Assembly: GCF_006345805.1 (NCBI RefSeq)
Contig: NW_021831890.1
Coordinates: 1 to 35,498 of the forward strand
Origin: Octopus sinensis
Taxonomy: Eukaryota
Direction of reading: 5' to 3'
Length of the DNA: 35,498 bases
Numbering within the stretch: the stretch's first letter is position 1; each line of letters begins with the position of its first letter. A program made the position numbers and the translations under genes. Shown piece after piece: positions 22,382-34,868 of this stretch. The notes under the pieces were generated by a model. That model was not told where the DNA came from. It ran no database searches and saw only the letters and a program-made list of their open reading frames with translations.

Positions 22382-23164
22382 TTATTCACATTACTCTGGC
22401 CTGGTGGCTGTTGATCGGTACAATGTTCACCTTATTTGCTCACCCATCTTCCCAACTATAATAGGACCATTAACAAGTCTGCCGTCGTTCAAACTGCGCC
22501 AGCCATTGCCCCGTCTCTATCTTAAACTCGCAGACAGCAACCAATGTCATATGCTGTTTGCCTCTTGTTGTATACGACTCTATTCATGCCTCCTGGATAT
22601 ACTCCCACTTAGTGTACTGCAGTTTACTCTCGTTTCTGATTTGCTAACAGTTTTAGATTTTGTTGGATTGTTCGATTGGGAATTCAGTATTTCCGGTGTA
22701 TGTGATTTCGCATTTGTATTCCAATTACGTATTATTTGTTGCCACCAATTAATTGCATATACATCCTTCTTGCTGTTACAGAATCAAACGAAGTTTCCTC
22801 TCTGAAATCGCTGGAGATGGTTTTTTAACATTGTTTTTATTTTCTTATTTTCCGATTGTTATTGTCATAATCCTGTTTAATTTTCCTTGACTGTATTAGA
22901 TTTACTCTCAAGCAGGTGATCACATTCGCAGCAATTTCTGTTTAAATTCTAGGTATAAATACAAAGGTTTTTCTTACGTCATCAACCACAGTAACGCCTG
23001 GTGACACTTCCAATATTGCAGCGTCTTGGGCATACTGTTTTCCTTCTTTCAATTTTCAACAACAGAAATCCCTTAACATTGAAGGCGCCAAACATCGTAG
23101 GATTAATATCTTCTTGAAATTTTATAACTGGCTGTCTAGTGAGGTCTTTGAGTGAGACTTTCAC

Positions 23165-23910
23165 TCAGGACATACGAAGACAAAGCAAAAATCGTTGCCC
23201 AGGATCAAGCATTGAATACCAACTCAGTGAAAAGGGACATATATACCACACAAGTGCACTGGACGTCAGCAGAACGTGTGGGTAGAGGGTCGAAAGCGTG
23301 ACTCACATTGTTAGAACTTGTGAAAGTCTTGCGCAGAAAGAGTACAAGCGCAGACACGACAAGGTAGCCAAAAGCCTTCGCTGGCTAATATGCCGGAAAT
23401 ATGGATACGAGGTAATGCGTGCTTGGTACCAACATTCACTGGAAAAAGTAATGAAAGGAAAGGAGAAGGCAAAAATCCTCTGGGACTTCTAGATAGACAA
23501 GGTGTTAGAGCACCTAAGGCCGGATATAGTAATCTTTAGGAGGGACAAACCAGACTGCCTAATAATCGACCTGTCAGTTCCAGGAGACCAATATGTTATC
23601 ATGAAAGAAAGAGAAAAGAATTGAGATTGCTAAGATGTGGCAGCTGCGAGAGTCAAACATAAAGAGTGTCTCTATTGTCATCGGGGCGTTGGGTTCAATA
23701 CCACCCAATCTGAAAAAAAAAAACATCTGAAAACTTTAGAAATATCCTACAGTCAAGGTGTACTGCAAAAATCGCTATTATTTGGAAATGCACGAATATT
23801 GCGTAAAGTAGTGTCAGACTGAGGTCCTTGTTGTGACTTGACAAACAGTACAAACCTCCGGTAGACACAATATCTTCAGTCAACAATACCACGGTATTGG
23901 ATACTATGTG
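23165..23910 (+). mobile_element. 5'-truncated R4/Dong-clade LINE: zinc knuckle, restriction-like endonuclease and 3' UTR
   Basis: AQDQALNT, VTHIVRTCESLAQKEYKRRHDKVA, KILWDF, RPDIVIF..CLIIDLSVP (PD..D motif), IVIGALGSIP, LQKSLLFGNARILRKV*. Runs into an (ATT)/(AAT)n tract, consistent with TAA-repeat targeting described for Dong. Confidence 0.9.
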
Positions 23911-23937
23911 ACGTCTTAATTATTATTATTAGTAATG

Positions 23938-23989
<52 letters not shown>

Positions 23990-24014
23990 CAATAATAATA
24001 ATAACAACAACGAC

Positions 24015-24061
<47 letters not shown>

Positions 24062-24075
24062 ACATAATAATAATT
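23911..24075. repeat. (AAT)n microsatellite
   Basis: Directly visible. Confidence 0.95.
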
Positions 24076-24076
24076 A

Positions 24077-24288
24077 TCCTTTCTCCTATAAGCACAAGCG
24101 CTGAGATGCTGAGGAAGGGATGGGTCAATTAGATCGACCCCAGTGTTCAACTGGTACTTAATTGATCGACCCCGAAAGAATAAATGGTAAAGTCGACCTC
24201 CGCAGAATTTGAACTCAAAACGTAGCGAGGGGCAAAATGCCGCTAAGCATTTCGTCCAGCTTGCTAACGATTCTGCCAGATCGCCTCC
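24077..24288 (-). mobile_element. SINE family A, monomer (tail2 type)
   Basis: Head, core and tail2 align with 503-712. Lies within (AAT)n. Confidence 0.85.
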
Positions 24289-24290
24289 AT

Positions 24291-24555
24291 GATAATAATA
24301 ATAATAGTAATGATGATGACGACGATGAGGATGGGGATGATGATGAGGATGAGGATGATTATGATGATGAAGAAGAAGAGGAATTAATAATGATATAAGT
24401 AATTACCATGAGGGAACTGTTAATAATGATGATTAATGCATAACGATGATGATTATGATGATGCGGATAAGAGTGATGATTTTGAATATGATGACGGTAG
24501 CAGTAAAGACGGCGATGTTGTCGGCGATGGTGGCGGTGGTGGTGGTGGTGGTCGC
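24291..24555. repeat. Compound (GAT/GAC/GAA/GGT)n trinucleotide tract
   Basis: Directly visible. Confidence 0.85.
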
Positions 24556-25145
24556 GATTTTATCATAACTCAACCAGAGGTATTTGATAAGGCGGGAGCG
24601 TAATATATTTGTTCCGCGTGTTAACTCTGCAATGAAACCGACAGACTCAAAGCAGAAAATCTAATCAGGAATTGGTCAGAGAGATGAATGATATAAAAGA
24701 AAAAATAGATAAAAAAAGAAACACATAGTTATCATCTGGTTTTCGCTCCACTTTAATTTCTCTCTCATATATCGGTGTGTGTTTATTTGTGTCTTTGCTT
24801 CTATACATGTGTTTATGATGTGTGTGTATATATCTCAGACTGTATTTGAGCGAGCGCGAGCGTATCTTTCTGTCTATGTATGCATATATGTATATATACA
24901 TGTATTCATGTATATATGTATGTATGTCTTCATGTATGTATATATATGTGTGTGTGTGTGTACAAACTCATACATAAATAAGCACATGTAAATGTGATTA
25001 TATATAAGCATGACTGTGTATTGTACATAATTAAGAACATTGCTATAACTCTATATCCCTTTATTTCTGTCTATCTGCATATGTGCATGCGTGTGTATGT
25101 GCAGTTTACTTATCCCTTAAGGTAAGACACACACACACACACACA

Positions 25146-25184
<39 letters not shown>

Positions 25185-25799
25185 GTCTCTCTTTCTCTCT
25201 CTCCTGCGACCTGCTGCTTCTTAAACCATTCTGTTGGCCTTCGTATCTCGACCAACATGTGTCCCCGCTACCGAAACGGTAATTATTTCTACGCCAGCTA
25301 TGTTGTGTTGTTTTGTCTCATTTGGTCTAAAGTCGTATGACAACCACCGTTATATATATTTTGTTTTCATTACTGTTTTCAATTTCGTTTTCGTCTCTTG
25401 TATTCACATCCGTCTTGTGCGTTCACATTCCTGTCTTCTACCAAGAAATCTAATGCTTACAGCTTAGTTTTTTTTCTTGGGGCTGGCCGAGTTAGAGCAA
25501 ATATCAGAATTGAACAGCCGAAATTTGCTATGATGATTCGGTGTCTGACTGAAGATTGAAGGCTTCGAATGATTTGTCTGTGTTCCGTGTTCGTCCCTTC
25601 CTGTATTTCACGTTCATTATATATAAAAACATTCATTCTTATATATATATATATATATATACAATTAAAAATGAGGGTGTCTGAGAGACACCACCATGCC
25701 GAAATAGCAGTCGAAACTGACTATAAAATCCACGTTAAATGTTCATATCGTACCATGAGATAAGACAGAGAGACAAAATAGACAAGCAAAAGTTATTGA

Positions 25800-25849
<50 letters not shown>

Positions 25850-25873
25850 TATATATATTATATGTATATATAT

Positions 25874-26238
25874 AGGAGTGGCTGTGTGGTAAGTAGCTTG
25901 CTAACCAACCACATGGTTCCGGGTTCAGTCCCACTGCGTGGCATCTGGGCAAGTGTCTTCTGCTATAGTCCCGGGCCGACCAATGCCTTGTGAGTGGATT
26001 TGGTAGACGGAAACTGAAAGAAGCCTGTCGTATATATATGTATATACACCCCTAGCATCGCTTGACGACCGATGCTGGTGTGTTTACGTCCCCGTCACTT
26101 AGCGATTCGGCAAAAGAGACCAATGGAATAAGTATTGGGCTTACAAAGAATAAGTCCTGGGGTCGATTTGCTCGACTAAAAGCGGTGCTCCAGCATGGCC
26201 GCAGTCAAATGACTGTAACAAATAGAAGAGTAAAGAGA
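25874..26238 (+). mobile_element. SINE family C, full length (tRNA head, TA spacer, body, LINE-like tail)
   Basis: Head at 25874-26032. 3' part ends GGTGCTCCAGCATGGCCGCAGTCAAATGACTGTAACA followed by an AG-rich tail. Confidence 0.9.
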
Positions 26239-26245
26239 GCAAAGA

Positions 26246-26280
<35 letters not shown>

Positions 26281-26554
26281 ACATATACAGATAGAGATAG
26301 AGCGTATTATCACTACATGCATTCACTATGGCTACGAGAATGACCCTCAACTATTCTAATCTCTTCGCCAGCCACGCTCCTCTCTTCTACGAACGAATTT
26401 ACCAATGCCTTGACATTTATGATCTCGTATCATAATCAGTCACTACTCGACTCCAGCCTTCATAGTTTCACTTACCCGGTGACCCTTTCATTTCAGTGAC
26501 CGAAACCACAACATCTACGATAGGCGGAATGCGAAACCCTCGCGTGGAGGCTCA

Positions 26555-26680
26555 TTTATGGCAGAGTGAACTGGAGCAACGTGAAATGAAAGGTTTGTCC
26601 CAGAGCATAACAAACTGCTCTGTTTTAGAATCGAAACCCCGCTCTAATGATCAGGTGTGGAACGAGAGTAACCTGTCAAC
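26555..26680 (-). mobile_element. Degenerate tRNA-SINE fragment
   Basis: B-box-like GGTTTCGATTCT on the minus strand, followed by an element-like body (plus strand GGCAGAGTGAACTGGAGCAACGTGAAATGAA). Confidence 0.5.
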
Positions 26681-28417
26681 GTGCTTTCACCTTTACCCAA
26701 TTTTACAACTCACTAATTTTATTGTATTTGCCAAATTTCCTCATCCTTTACTGGAAATCTTACAATTTCGCAATGTTCCCATTCGAGAAATAATTCCACT
26801 GGCACCTAACCATACGGCTATTCGTCTCGCACCGTTAACATTGGCTTATGCATAACTTTCTCAATCAAATTTCCTTTGGAAATGCCACCTTTGTATGGAG
26901 AATCTTATATCCTACACTAAATTCCAGTAAATACTGCACTTTTTTCTTGTACTTGAAGTCTTTTGAAACGGTAAGGTATGCAAAATTCAACTTGAAATTG
27001 TTCACTGTGCAAATACATCTTTCCTTGATCAGTTTCTGCGCAACAAACGACCGTATTCTTTCCCGCCTTACATTCTACCCAAAATAAACGGATTTCTAAA
27101 TCAGATTGTCATGTAAGAGCAAGCGCGTTGCAATAAAAAACATTTGTTCTAAAGCTCTAATAATTTTCATGATGATAACACTGTCTCTCTCAAAGTCTAT
27201 TTCAATAGTTATTCCTCTTAAAACGAGACATAATCATCAGAAATGCACAGATAGGAAAACGAAAAGCCTTGAAGGAAACAAAGTTCTCGAAACATGTTGC
27301 ACTTTTCGTGATGATTCCAGATACCGTTTGTCTCTCCTCGATTTCGCGTAAAGTCTCATTCATGGGAATTCTTAATTCTGAACAATGGTCTTGGCTTTGT
27401 AGTAGAGAGAAGATTCCTTCTGTACCTCAGTTTCTTCCAAACGCAGAACATATTGATCTGTTGGTAGGGATTCCTGCAATAACAGATATAGTTAATTAAA
27501 AACATAATGTGAGTTCAAGCTGCATGTTCATAGGGGAGCCTTGTTTTGGGAGCTCCAAGATTTTGAAAAGTTTGGGACCAACTTGTTGCCACTATTTTCC
27601 CCAGCACTGCTCTTCCCAGAGTAGTAGCGTCTATGACGGTCTCATATTTGGGATAAATACCATGTAACCACCGAGCCAGATTGTGTTGGAATCATAGGAG
27701 GCAGCAAAGTGATTGTGGACTATTTCGGCGAATGGATATCATTGAATCAATAGTGAATATCACTAAATGTTGAACAAACTGACAACAACCAGTTCAGTTC
27801 GCGAACAATCACAAGCAGCTGCAGTCATCGTGGGCCCAAATAAGATAGTTTATCTAGTAACTGATCAAATTAACTCAAATCCAAGGGACACATCAATGCC
27901 TCTCTACCCAACCGCATCGTCCGGCGTGGAAATTTGCAGTGATTCGGGTGTGTCGCCAGATAATGATAACCACCAACTTCTTAATATTATTCAAAGTCAA
28001 AGCACAACAAACTGATTAACTACGAGATTTTGAAAATACCATTTAATTTAGATTTAAAATAGTTATTTTTTTAAAAATCTTCTATTTAAGGCAAAAGTCG
28101 CAAAGAAGTTGAAATGAAATATTAATGTATGATGTTCGAATACATACCATGTAAGGGAGGAGGGGCTGTCACTGTCGCTATTGACGATAGATTGCAACGC
28201 AACTTCAGTTCATGACAGACAAATATTGTTATGACGAAGTTCGTAAGTTTATATCCAGTTATTTGCAAAACAGAAACAAATATGCATACGTACTTATACA
28301 CACAGATATTTATATTTACACATATATGTATCAGTATGTGTGTAGGTGTGTGAGAGTAAGTACAGATATATATGTGCATATTCACAGAAAGGAATAAGAG
28401 AAAATATATACACATAT

Positions 28418-28493
<76 letters not shown>

Positions 28494-28544
28494 CATATAT
28501 AAACATATGTATATATATGTGTGTATATATGAATATATTTTCTT

Positions 28545-28640
28545 TTATCCCTTTCTGTTGAAGTGCGTAGGCTCGAAATGTAAAACATTTTTTTCATTTT
28601 CCCGAACGTGAAACTAATATACCTATTTTCGTCTTTAGAT
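28545..28640 (+). mobile_element. Short repeat with minimal-hammerhead-like motif (PLE pseudo-LTR-like)
   Basis: CTTT-CTGTTGA-A-GTGC-GTAG-GCTC-GAAATGT-AAAA at 28551-28585. Same family as 29335-29465. Confidence 0.55.
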
Positions 28641-28657
28641 TTTCTGTAAATATCAAC

Positions 28658-28690
<33 letters not shown>

Positions 28691-29334
28691 CGAGAGATAG
28701 AGAGAGAGAAATATGTATACATATATTTATCTAAAATATGTGTATATTAGTGTATATATATTTATATGTATGTGTGTGTGTGTGTGTGTGTGTAAATTCA
28801 TATGTCTATGTGTGTGATCGTCTCCAAGACTAAAGTAACCATTGAGATATTAATGCTTTCCTAAGACTATCTTGTCTATTATCTTGTGAACTCAATTTAT
28901 ATTGTGATTAGATCTGCAGCAGTCACAGTCGTCGGCAATTATCTGCAATGGCACAGTTTGCACAATAATTATATTTCGTTTTTCTGCGTCTCTACGTTTG
29001 TATAACCTATTCTCGCATCCCCTAACCCATCTATTTAACAGAGATAAATAAATAGTGAGAGAGAGCTTGCGAAAGACGTAGACAGACGTACAGCAACACG
29101 TTCACATACATGTGTTGGTATATGCGAGTACACATATACACACATACATACACACATACATGCACACATACATACATACATACATACATATACATACATA
29201 CATACATGCATACATACGTACATATATATATATATATTATATATATATTATATATATATATATATATATATCAGTCGCCATGATAGATCGGTAGCCACTA
29301 CATACATTTTTTTCTCCTTTTTATCTCTCCTTCT

Positions 29335-29465
29335 TTCTGTGTTCCTTTCTGTGGAAGAGCGTAGGCTCGGAACGTAAAATACTTTTTTCAATTCCTGAGC
29401 ATGATACTAATACATCTGTTTGTTTTCTACACCACCTGCCTTCGTCTTTTGTTTTTTTTTCGTGA
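29335..29465 (+). mobile_element. Second copy of the same short repeat
   Basis: CTTT-CTGTGGA-A-GAGC-GTAG-GCTC-GGAACGT-AAAA at 29345-29379. Confidence 0.55.
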
Positions 29466-29543
29466 ATTCTCCCTATATATATACATACATACATACATAT
29501 ATACATTCATATATATATATATATATATTATATATAATATATA

Positions 29544-29611
<68 letters not shown>

Positions 29612-29689
29612 GTTATAATTTAGAACAAACAGTAAGTTGTCATTATAGTACTGGGAGTGTCGAATGTCGGAGCGATCATATTATTATCA

Positions 29690-29801
29690 TTGTCATTATT
29701 ATTATTATTATTATTATTATATTATTATTATATTATTATTATGATCATTATCATCATCATTATTATTGTTACTATTATTATTATTATTACTATTATTATT
29801 A

Positions 29802-29840
<39 letters not shown>
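29690..29840. repeat. (ATT)n microsatellite
   Basis: Directly visible. Confidence 0.95.
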
Positions 29841-29856
<16 letters not shown>

Positions 29857-29859
29857 TAA

Positions 29860-30260
29860 TCCCCTTACGATTAACTAATTTGGGAATTAAAAAGGCGATG
29901 AAACTGGACATCACCCAACTACAGACACCTAAGGGAAAAGTTAACGAAAACACGATTCCATTTATTAACACACAGTCTTGAAATAACCAACATCTTTCAC
30001 GCCATAAAATCGAACTTACCTGTACTCCCACAAAGCCTCAAAATGAAAAATCTGAATGAAAAAACACCTTCCGGAATAGCAGACGCCAACCAAAAAATCT
30101 TTAAAAATACCTCACAGGGGCAGAATTCAAATCAGAGAATAAATCAAAATTCTTAGTAGAAGAATGTGGAGATAGATGTGGAACATGGAACGACATCAAC
30201 AGAACCAAATATTTGGAAAGTGTTTCCCTCATAAAATTCAAGAGCGGATCCCTTTTCAAA
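29860..30260 (+). pseudogene. Penelope-like element relic (RT thumb to Cys-linker region)
   Basis: Frameshifted PLRLTNLGIKKAMKL..TIPFINTH..IFHAIKSNLPVL..NSRRQPKNL*KYLTGAEF..EECGDRCGTW..IKFKSG, matching the PLE linker pattern RQPKNLK..LT.A.F..C..RC..C. Confidence 0.75.
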
Positions 30261-30261
30261 A

Positions 30262-30308
30262 TATATGCATGAGGTTGGGAAGCAAGTTTCTTGCCACACA
30301 GCCACGTC
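30262..30308 (-). mobile_element. SINE family C head fragment
   Basis: Minus strand GTGGCTGTGTGGCAAGAAACTTGCTTCCCAACC. Confidence 0.65.
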
Positions 30309-30490
30309 ATTGATATGTAGGAAACGGAAAGAGTATTACCTGTTAAACTTGAGAAAAGTCTTGTGTATTTCTGCTATTCCGCTTACAGATGGTGATTGTA
30401 GGACACGAGACAGCTGGTTGCTTTATTTTTCTGAAAACTTTACGTTCATAAAGTTCTCCTTTAGGCATATATGTATGGACATATTTAAGA

Positions 30491-30521
<31 letters not shown>

Positions 30522-30558
30522 TAAAACGGTAAGATAACAAAAGAAAGAAAGAGACCTC

Positions 30559-30605
<47 letters not shown>

Positions 30606-30924
30606 ATATATGTATGTATATGTATAGGATGGATGAATGGATGGATGGAGTAGTAGGCCTCAGGTGCTTGGTGTATTTTGATTTTGTGTAACAAAACAGT
30701 CTAATCCAATAATCATATAGATACAATGTGCTAGATTATTAGGTTACTAGTTTAGACTAATCCTAATCCTCAGATTATTTGCATAAACAGCGACACAATT
30801 GCAAAGACTGATCACGTGCGGTCATCAAAATATTTTTCTCTCCCCTTCTCTCTTTCTCTTTGTCTCTCCCCCTCTCTCCCCCATGCAACAATGTGTCTAT
30901 CTATCTATCTGTCTATCGACTTAT

Positions 30925-31945
30925 TTATCCAACTTTGGAGAGGCATCAATTCGCAGCGGGGTACGTCCAAGAACTGGGATCGATACTGCTTGTGGTGGCT
31001 CTTTCAGACATACCGTCATGCGTACAGTCAGTCTTTCTAACATGCTTTCCTAATGATACAAAATTATTACCGGTCGCCTAAGACACGGATGACAATGTAA
31101 AAATGCAGGCAATATACAAACAGCCGGATAAAATAACGTGCAGTTCAATGCTGAGCAGTTTCCAGTACTCCAAAATAGTCCTACAGACTATAATCAAAAA
31201 CAGGCCCAGTGGGTGGTGCTATCCTAGAGTCAGAGGTGGTGCGTGGCCTGTTGCCGCAATATGCATCATGAGAAATGGTACAATATTCCATGTACATATT
31301 ACCCAGATGGCAACACTGTGCTGGGTAGATTCTGAGATCATTGAGAGCGAGAAAAAAAGGATAGCATGTCACAACTGTTGAGACCTTCTTTACTGCACCC
31401 AAATGTGATCCCTGCTGAGCATCAACTAGTGGAATGGTAGATCTTTAGGCAATCCAGTGCCACTATACGTAGATGACGTAGATGAGCTACAGGGTGAAGC
31501 TGCAGGAACTCCCTAGAGCGAAGGCATGAAAGACATGCAACGATATACACATGAAAGATCCAGGAAAATCTATCTCCCAACTTTGGAATTGAAAGCTATA
31601 CAAACCATGAGCTCTACGGCACTGCATAGTTCCAAAACTACCGTCTTCTCGATTTAAAAGGCAAACACAATATTGCCACAGCTTGAGTTTCAAGGGAACA
31701 TAAGTCTTCCACATAATTCTAACCAACCTCAGGGATTCGCGAAATGCAGCTATGGTGGTCTTCAAAGAGTATCTGGACAAATTTTCTTCTGAGATACCAG
31801 ATGAATCCACATCGCGACAAGCGGAACATAGCAAAGCAGCTCCGTCCACCTCTCTACTTCACCAAAAGCAGTAGAAAATGGAAATTCAAACACACTGAAA
31901 GAGGGTACTCGAGCATGGCCCCAGCCTCTGGCTGAAACCAATACT
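30925..31945 (+). mobile_element. Degenerate 5'-truncated CR1-like LINE (RT domains 4-7 to 3' UTR)
   Basis: EASIRSGV (SGVPQG region), ALSDIPS..CFPNDTKL (decayed YADDTK), NNVQFNAE, LERRHERHATIY, YCHSLSFKG..FKEYLDKF..IPDE..SLLHQ. Tail GCATGGCCCCAGCCTCTGGCTGAAACC. Confidence 0.85.
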
Positions 31946-32473
31946 AGTAGGAAAAAAGACAGACAGACAGACAATATCTAGATGCATTAACGCATGTTTC
32001 TATATTCGTATGTATATCACATTGTACATCATTTCACACCCCTCGAACCTTATGTGTTATAAATACAAGAAAAACCAACAACAACAAAAGAAAATCTGAC
32101 ATTTCGCTGACAGTTATACTAAACCATTGTGTAGAGAAGAAACATAAATGTTTGCCATTTTGATATTTATTAAATAACTTTTAAAAGTGCATTTTCATAA
32201 TCCAATCAATTTCACTTCACAAAGGCTACACTTTCTTATTTTCATTATCAGTCTATTCTTCTTATTTTATCTGCAATATCAGGAGCCTCTTAGCTTATAT
32301 AGTGTATCATGTTGTTGATTTGTTGAATACTTATATTGTTATTCATAGCGACCTGATTGTATAAACATATATGTGAGTCTCTCGAGATGTGTAACAGTAT
32401 ATGGCTGTGAAGTTGTGTTTATACGTGTATATGAGTGTATGCAAATGTATACACACATAACATACACACACAC

Positions 32474-32507
<34 letters not shown>

Positions 32508-32634
32508 CGTATATGCATCTGTGCATGAATATATACCGTTGTTCTATCGTAGCCACAGTCTTTAGCTTGACAAAAGACAAAAACTAAAGAGAAATATTGA
32601 ATATCAGCCTATCCAAACATCCATCCATCAATCC

Positions 32635-32675
<41 letters not shown>

Positions 32676-32783
32676 TATACATGTGTGTGTCTGTGTCTGT
32701 GTATGTCTGTCTGTGTCAATGAGTATGTCCGCGCGTGTGATTATATGTTACGTACATATATATCTATGTATATGTTTAAAGAG

Positions 32784-32821
<38 letters not shown>

Positions 32822-33214
32822 GGAGAGAGAGAGAGGGAGAGAGAGAGAGGAAAGAGTGATTAAGCGAGAGAGTCAGTTGCCGTCTTGATATTACTGTAGC
32901 ACAATTTCATATAAAGGTCATTATTGAATTCTTTAAAAAATACTGAATATTTGAAAGAAAACATTGTTGTAAAATGAACAATTTTCCTGAGTGTAGACGT
33001 GATAATATTTTTTTGAAGCATCGCGTGATAAGGAAGGTAAAACAAACAGACAGTCACACACATGTACACACATATATGGCTGTTCCTGAGTGTATGTATA
33101 TATGAAGGTGTGTACATATATTGATATTTATATATATATACATTCATATATATGTATATATATATATATACACACACACGCATACAAACATATATATGTA
33201 TATATATATATATA

Positions 33215-33450
33215 TATTTCTATACTACCCACAAGGGGCTAAACACAGAAGGGACAAACCAGGACAGACAAAGTGATTAAGTCGATTATATCGACCCCAG
33301 TGCGTAACTGGTACTTAATTATCGACCCTCGACCCCGAGGATGAAAGGCAAGTCGACCTCGGCGGAATTTGAACTCGGAACGTAACGGCAAACGAAATAC
33401 GGCTACGCATTTTGCCCGGCGTACTAACGTTTCTGCCAGCTCGCCGCCTT
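33215..33450 (-). mobile_element. SINE family A, left arm only, well preserved
   Basis: Head, core and tail1. Ends at the dimer junction and is flanked by (TA)n on both sides. Confidence 0.9.
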
Positions 33451-33483
33451 TATATATATATTCATATATATATAATATATATA

Positions 33484-33554
<71 letters not shown>

Positions 33555-34138
33555 CATACATACAGATATATATATATATATATATACATATATATAATAT
33601 ATATATATAGAAAGCAAGTTAAAAATAATTGTGATTACATATTTTTCCTTTATTAAAATAATTTGGCTTACAGCTGTATCCAGTAACGTTAATAGGTACA
33701 TTACTGATAGCTTTACTCAAACAGGTCTCTTGAGGAAATGAGAAGAAAAAAAGTTGGACGACCTAAAAAAGATTAATGTTACATTCATCAGACCCTTTCT
33801 GTTTAGAACAAAGCAGAACACTGAAAGAATGGTGAGTGACGGTGGGGGTGGGGCAGAGGAATGGATTGAAAGTTGCGAGTAGAATAAAAAGAAGAGGAAA
33901 AGACAGGTTAGTTAAAGGTGAAATGAAGTAAGGAAGGGTAGAAAGAGAGGATAAAAGTCATTTAATTGAAAGAGGGGTATTGGATGGGCAAAATTTGGGA
34001 ATGGGCCAATCATAAAACTTAAGTGTTTGTAGTCAGGTTAACGCACGTTACCATATAAGCAAAACCTCCCTCTCTATTCTCACCTTCCTCTTCAAGTGAT
34101 ACTTGAAGAAGCTGATGAGAGATTGACCAGAAAGCAAC

Positions 34139-34239
34139 GTGTTTGTCTCTAGACCATTTAGACGCGTCCATACACATTCTTTCGCCATAGTCACAAAATG
34201 TGTATGGTGGACGCGTCCGAAAGGTCTAGAGACAAACAC
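34139..34239. other. ~100-nt near-perfect hairpin
   Basis: 17-bp perfect outer stem GTGTTTGTCTCTAGACC/GGTCTAGAGACAAACAC. Inner stems GACGCGTCCA/TGGACGCGTC and ATACACATT/AATGTGTAT, with an ~18-nt loop. Confidence 0.8.
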
Positions 34240-34699
34240 TCCAAGGAACGAGGTGTAGGAAGAAAATGAGCTTCAAGAAATCCATAGAAAATATAAAAAG
34301 TCAACTTCCAGGGAAAATATTGGTTTATTCAGTCGGAATGTTGTGGTTTTTTTTTCCGTATCGGAGTAATATAAGCTGAAAAAATATCTATATTTCACTG
34401 TAGGCAGACAATTTTATCAAGTATGCGAATAAAAGTGTTAAATAATGGATTAGATAAAATCCGGGCATCATATATTGCATAGCGAGCGGAACGTCGGAAG
34501 TGGCAAATATCCAAGTGAGGTGGACACCTCAGGCTAATCTTCAGGCCAAGCATATCTCAATGAAATGAAAGTTTACATTGTCGTTAGGAGGCTTATGTTA
34601 ACACACGGAGGATTCGAGGTATAAATCTGTGTGTATATGTGTGTATATATGAGTGTGTGTATGTGTGTGTACATGAGTATATGTAATTGTATTTGTGCA

Positions 34700-34868
34700 C
34701 GTGCCCTCCCAGCGCTCGATAACCGGTGTTTATTAGTTTACGACCCAGTACCTTGGTGCTGTGTCAACCAAACTTCAAAAGGTAGAGCTAGAGTCGATTT
34801 TCGGTAAAAATTCTTCAAACAAGTGCCCTAGCATGGCCGCTGTCCAATGACTGGAAGGAGTAAAATAT
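34700..34868 (+). mobile_element. Diverged SINE family C 3' half
   Basis: Ends GTGCCCTAGCATGGCCGCTGTCCAATGACTGG, homologous to 26182-26220. Confidence 0.6.

Noticed and set aside
22400-23160. Possible apurinic-endonuclease remnant (FGAFNVKG) on the minus strand
   Set aside because: A single short motif with no downstream APE motifs recoverable.
24300-24400. Acidic D/E-rich coding stretch
   Set aside because: A trinucleotide microsatellite next to a SINE, with no splice or ORF support.
24570-24625. Minus-strand exon (ttcattgcag acceptor; VNTRNKYITLPPYQIPL)
   Set aside because: No convincing donor site and no recognisable protein.
25675-25725. Other decayed hammerhead-like strings (here, and at about 6260-6280, 12950-12975 and 20620-20645)
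   Set aside because: Too many core mismatches and no second copy in the window to support a consensus.
33726-33840. AT-hook-like MRRKKVGRPKKD and a nearby ATG-gtgagt donor
   Set aside because: A stop follows immediately, the sequence is A-rich low complexity, and a chance match is likely.
34100-34140. Hammerhead at GCTGATGAGAG..GAAAGC
   Set aside because: No stem II pairing next to the core and no stem I or III.
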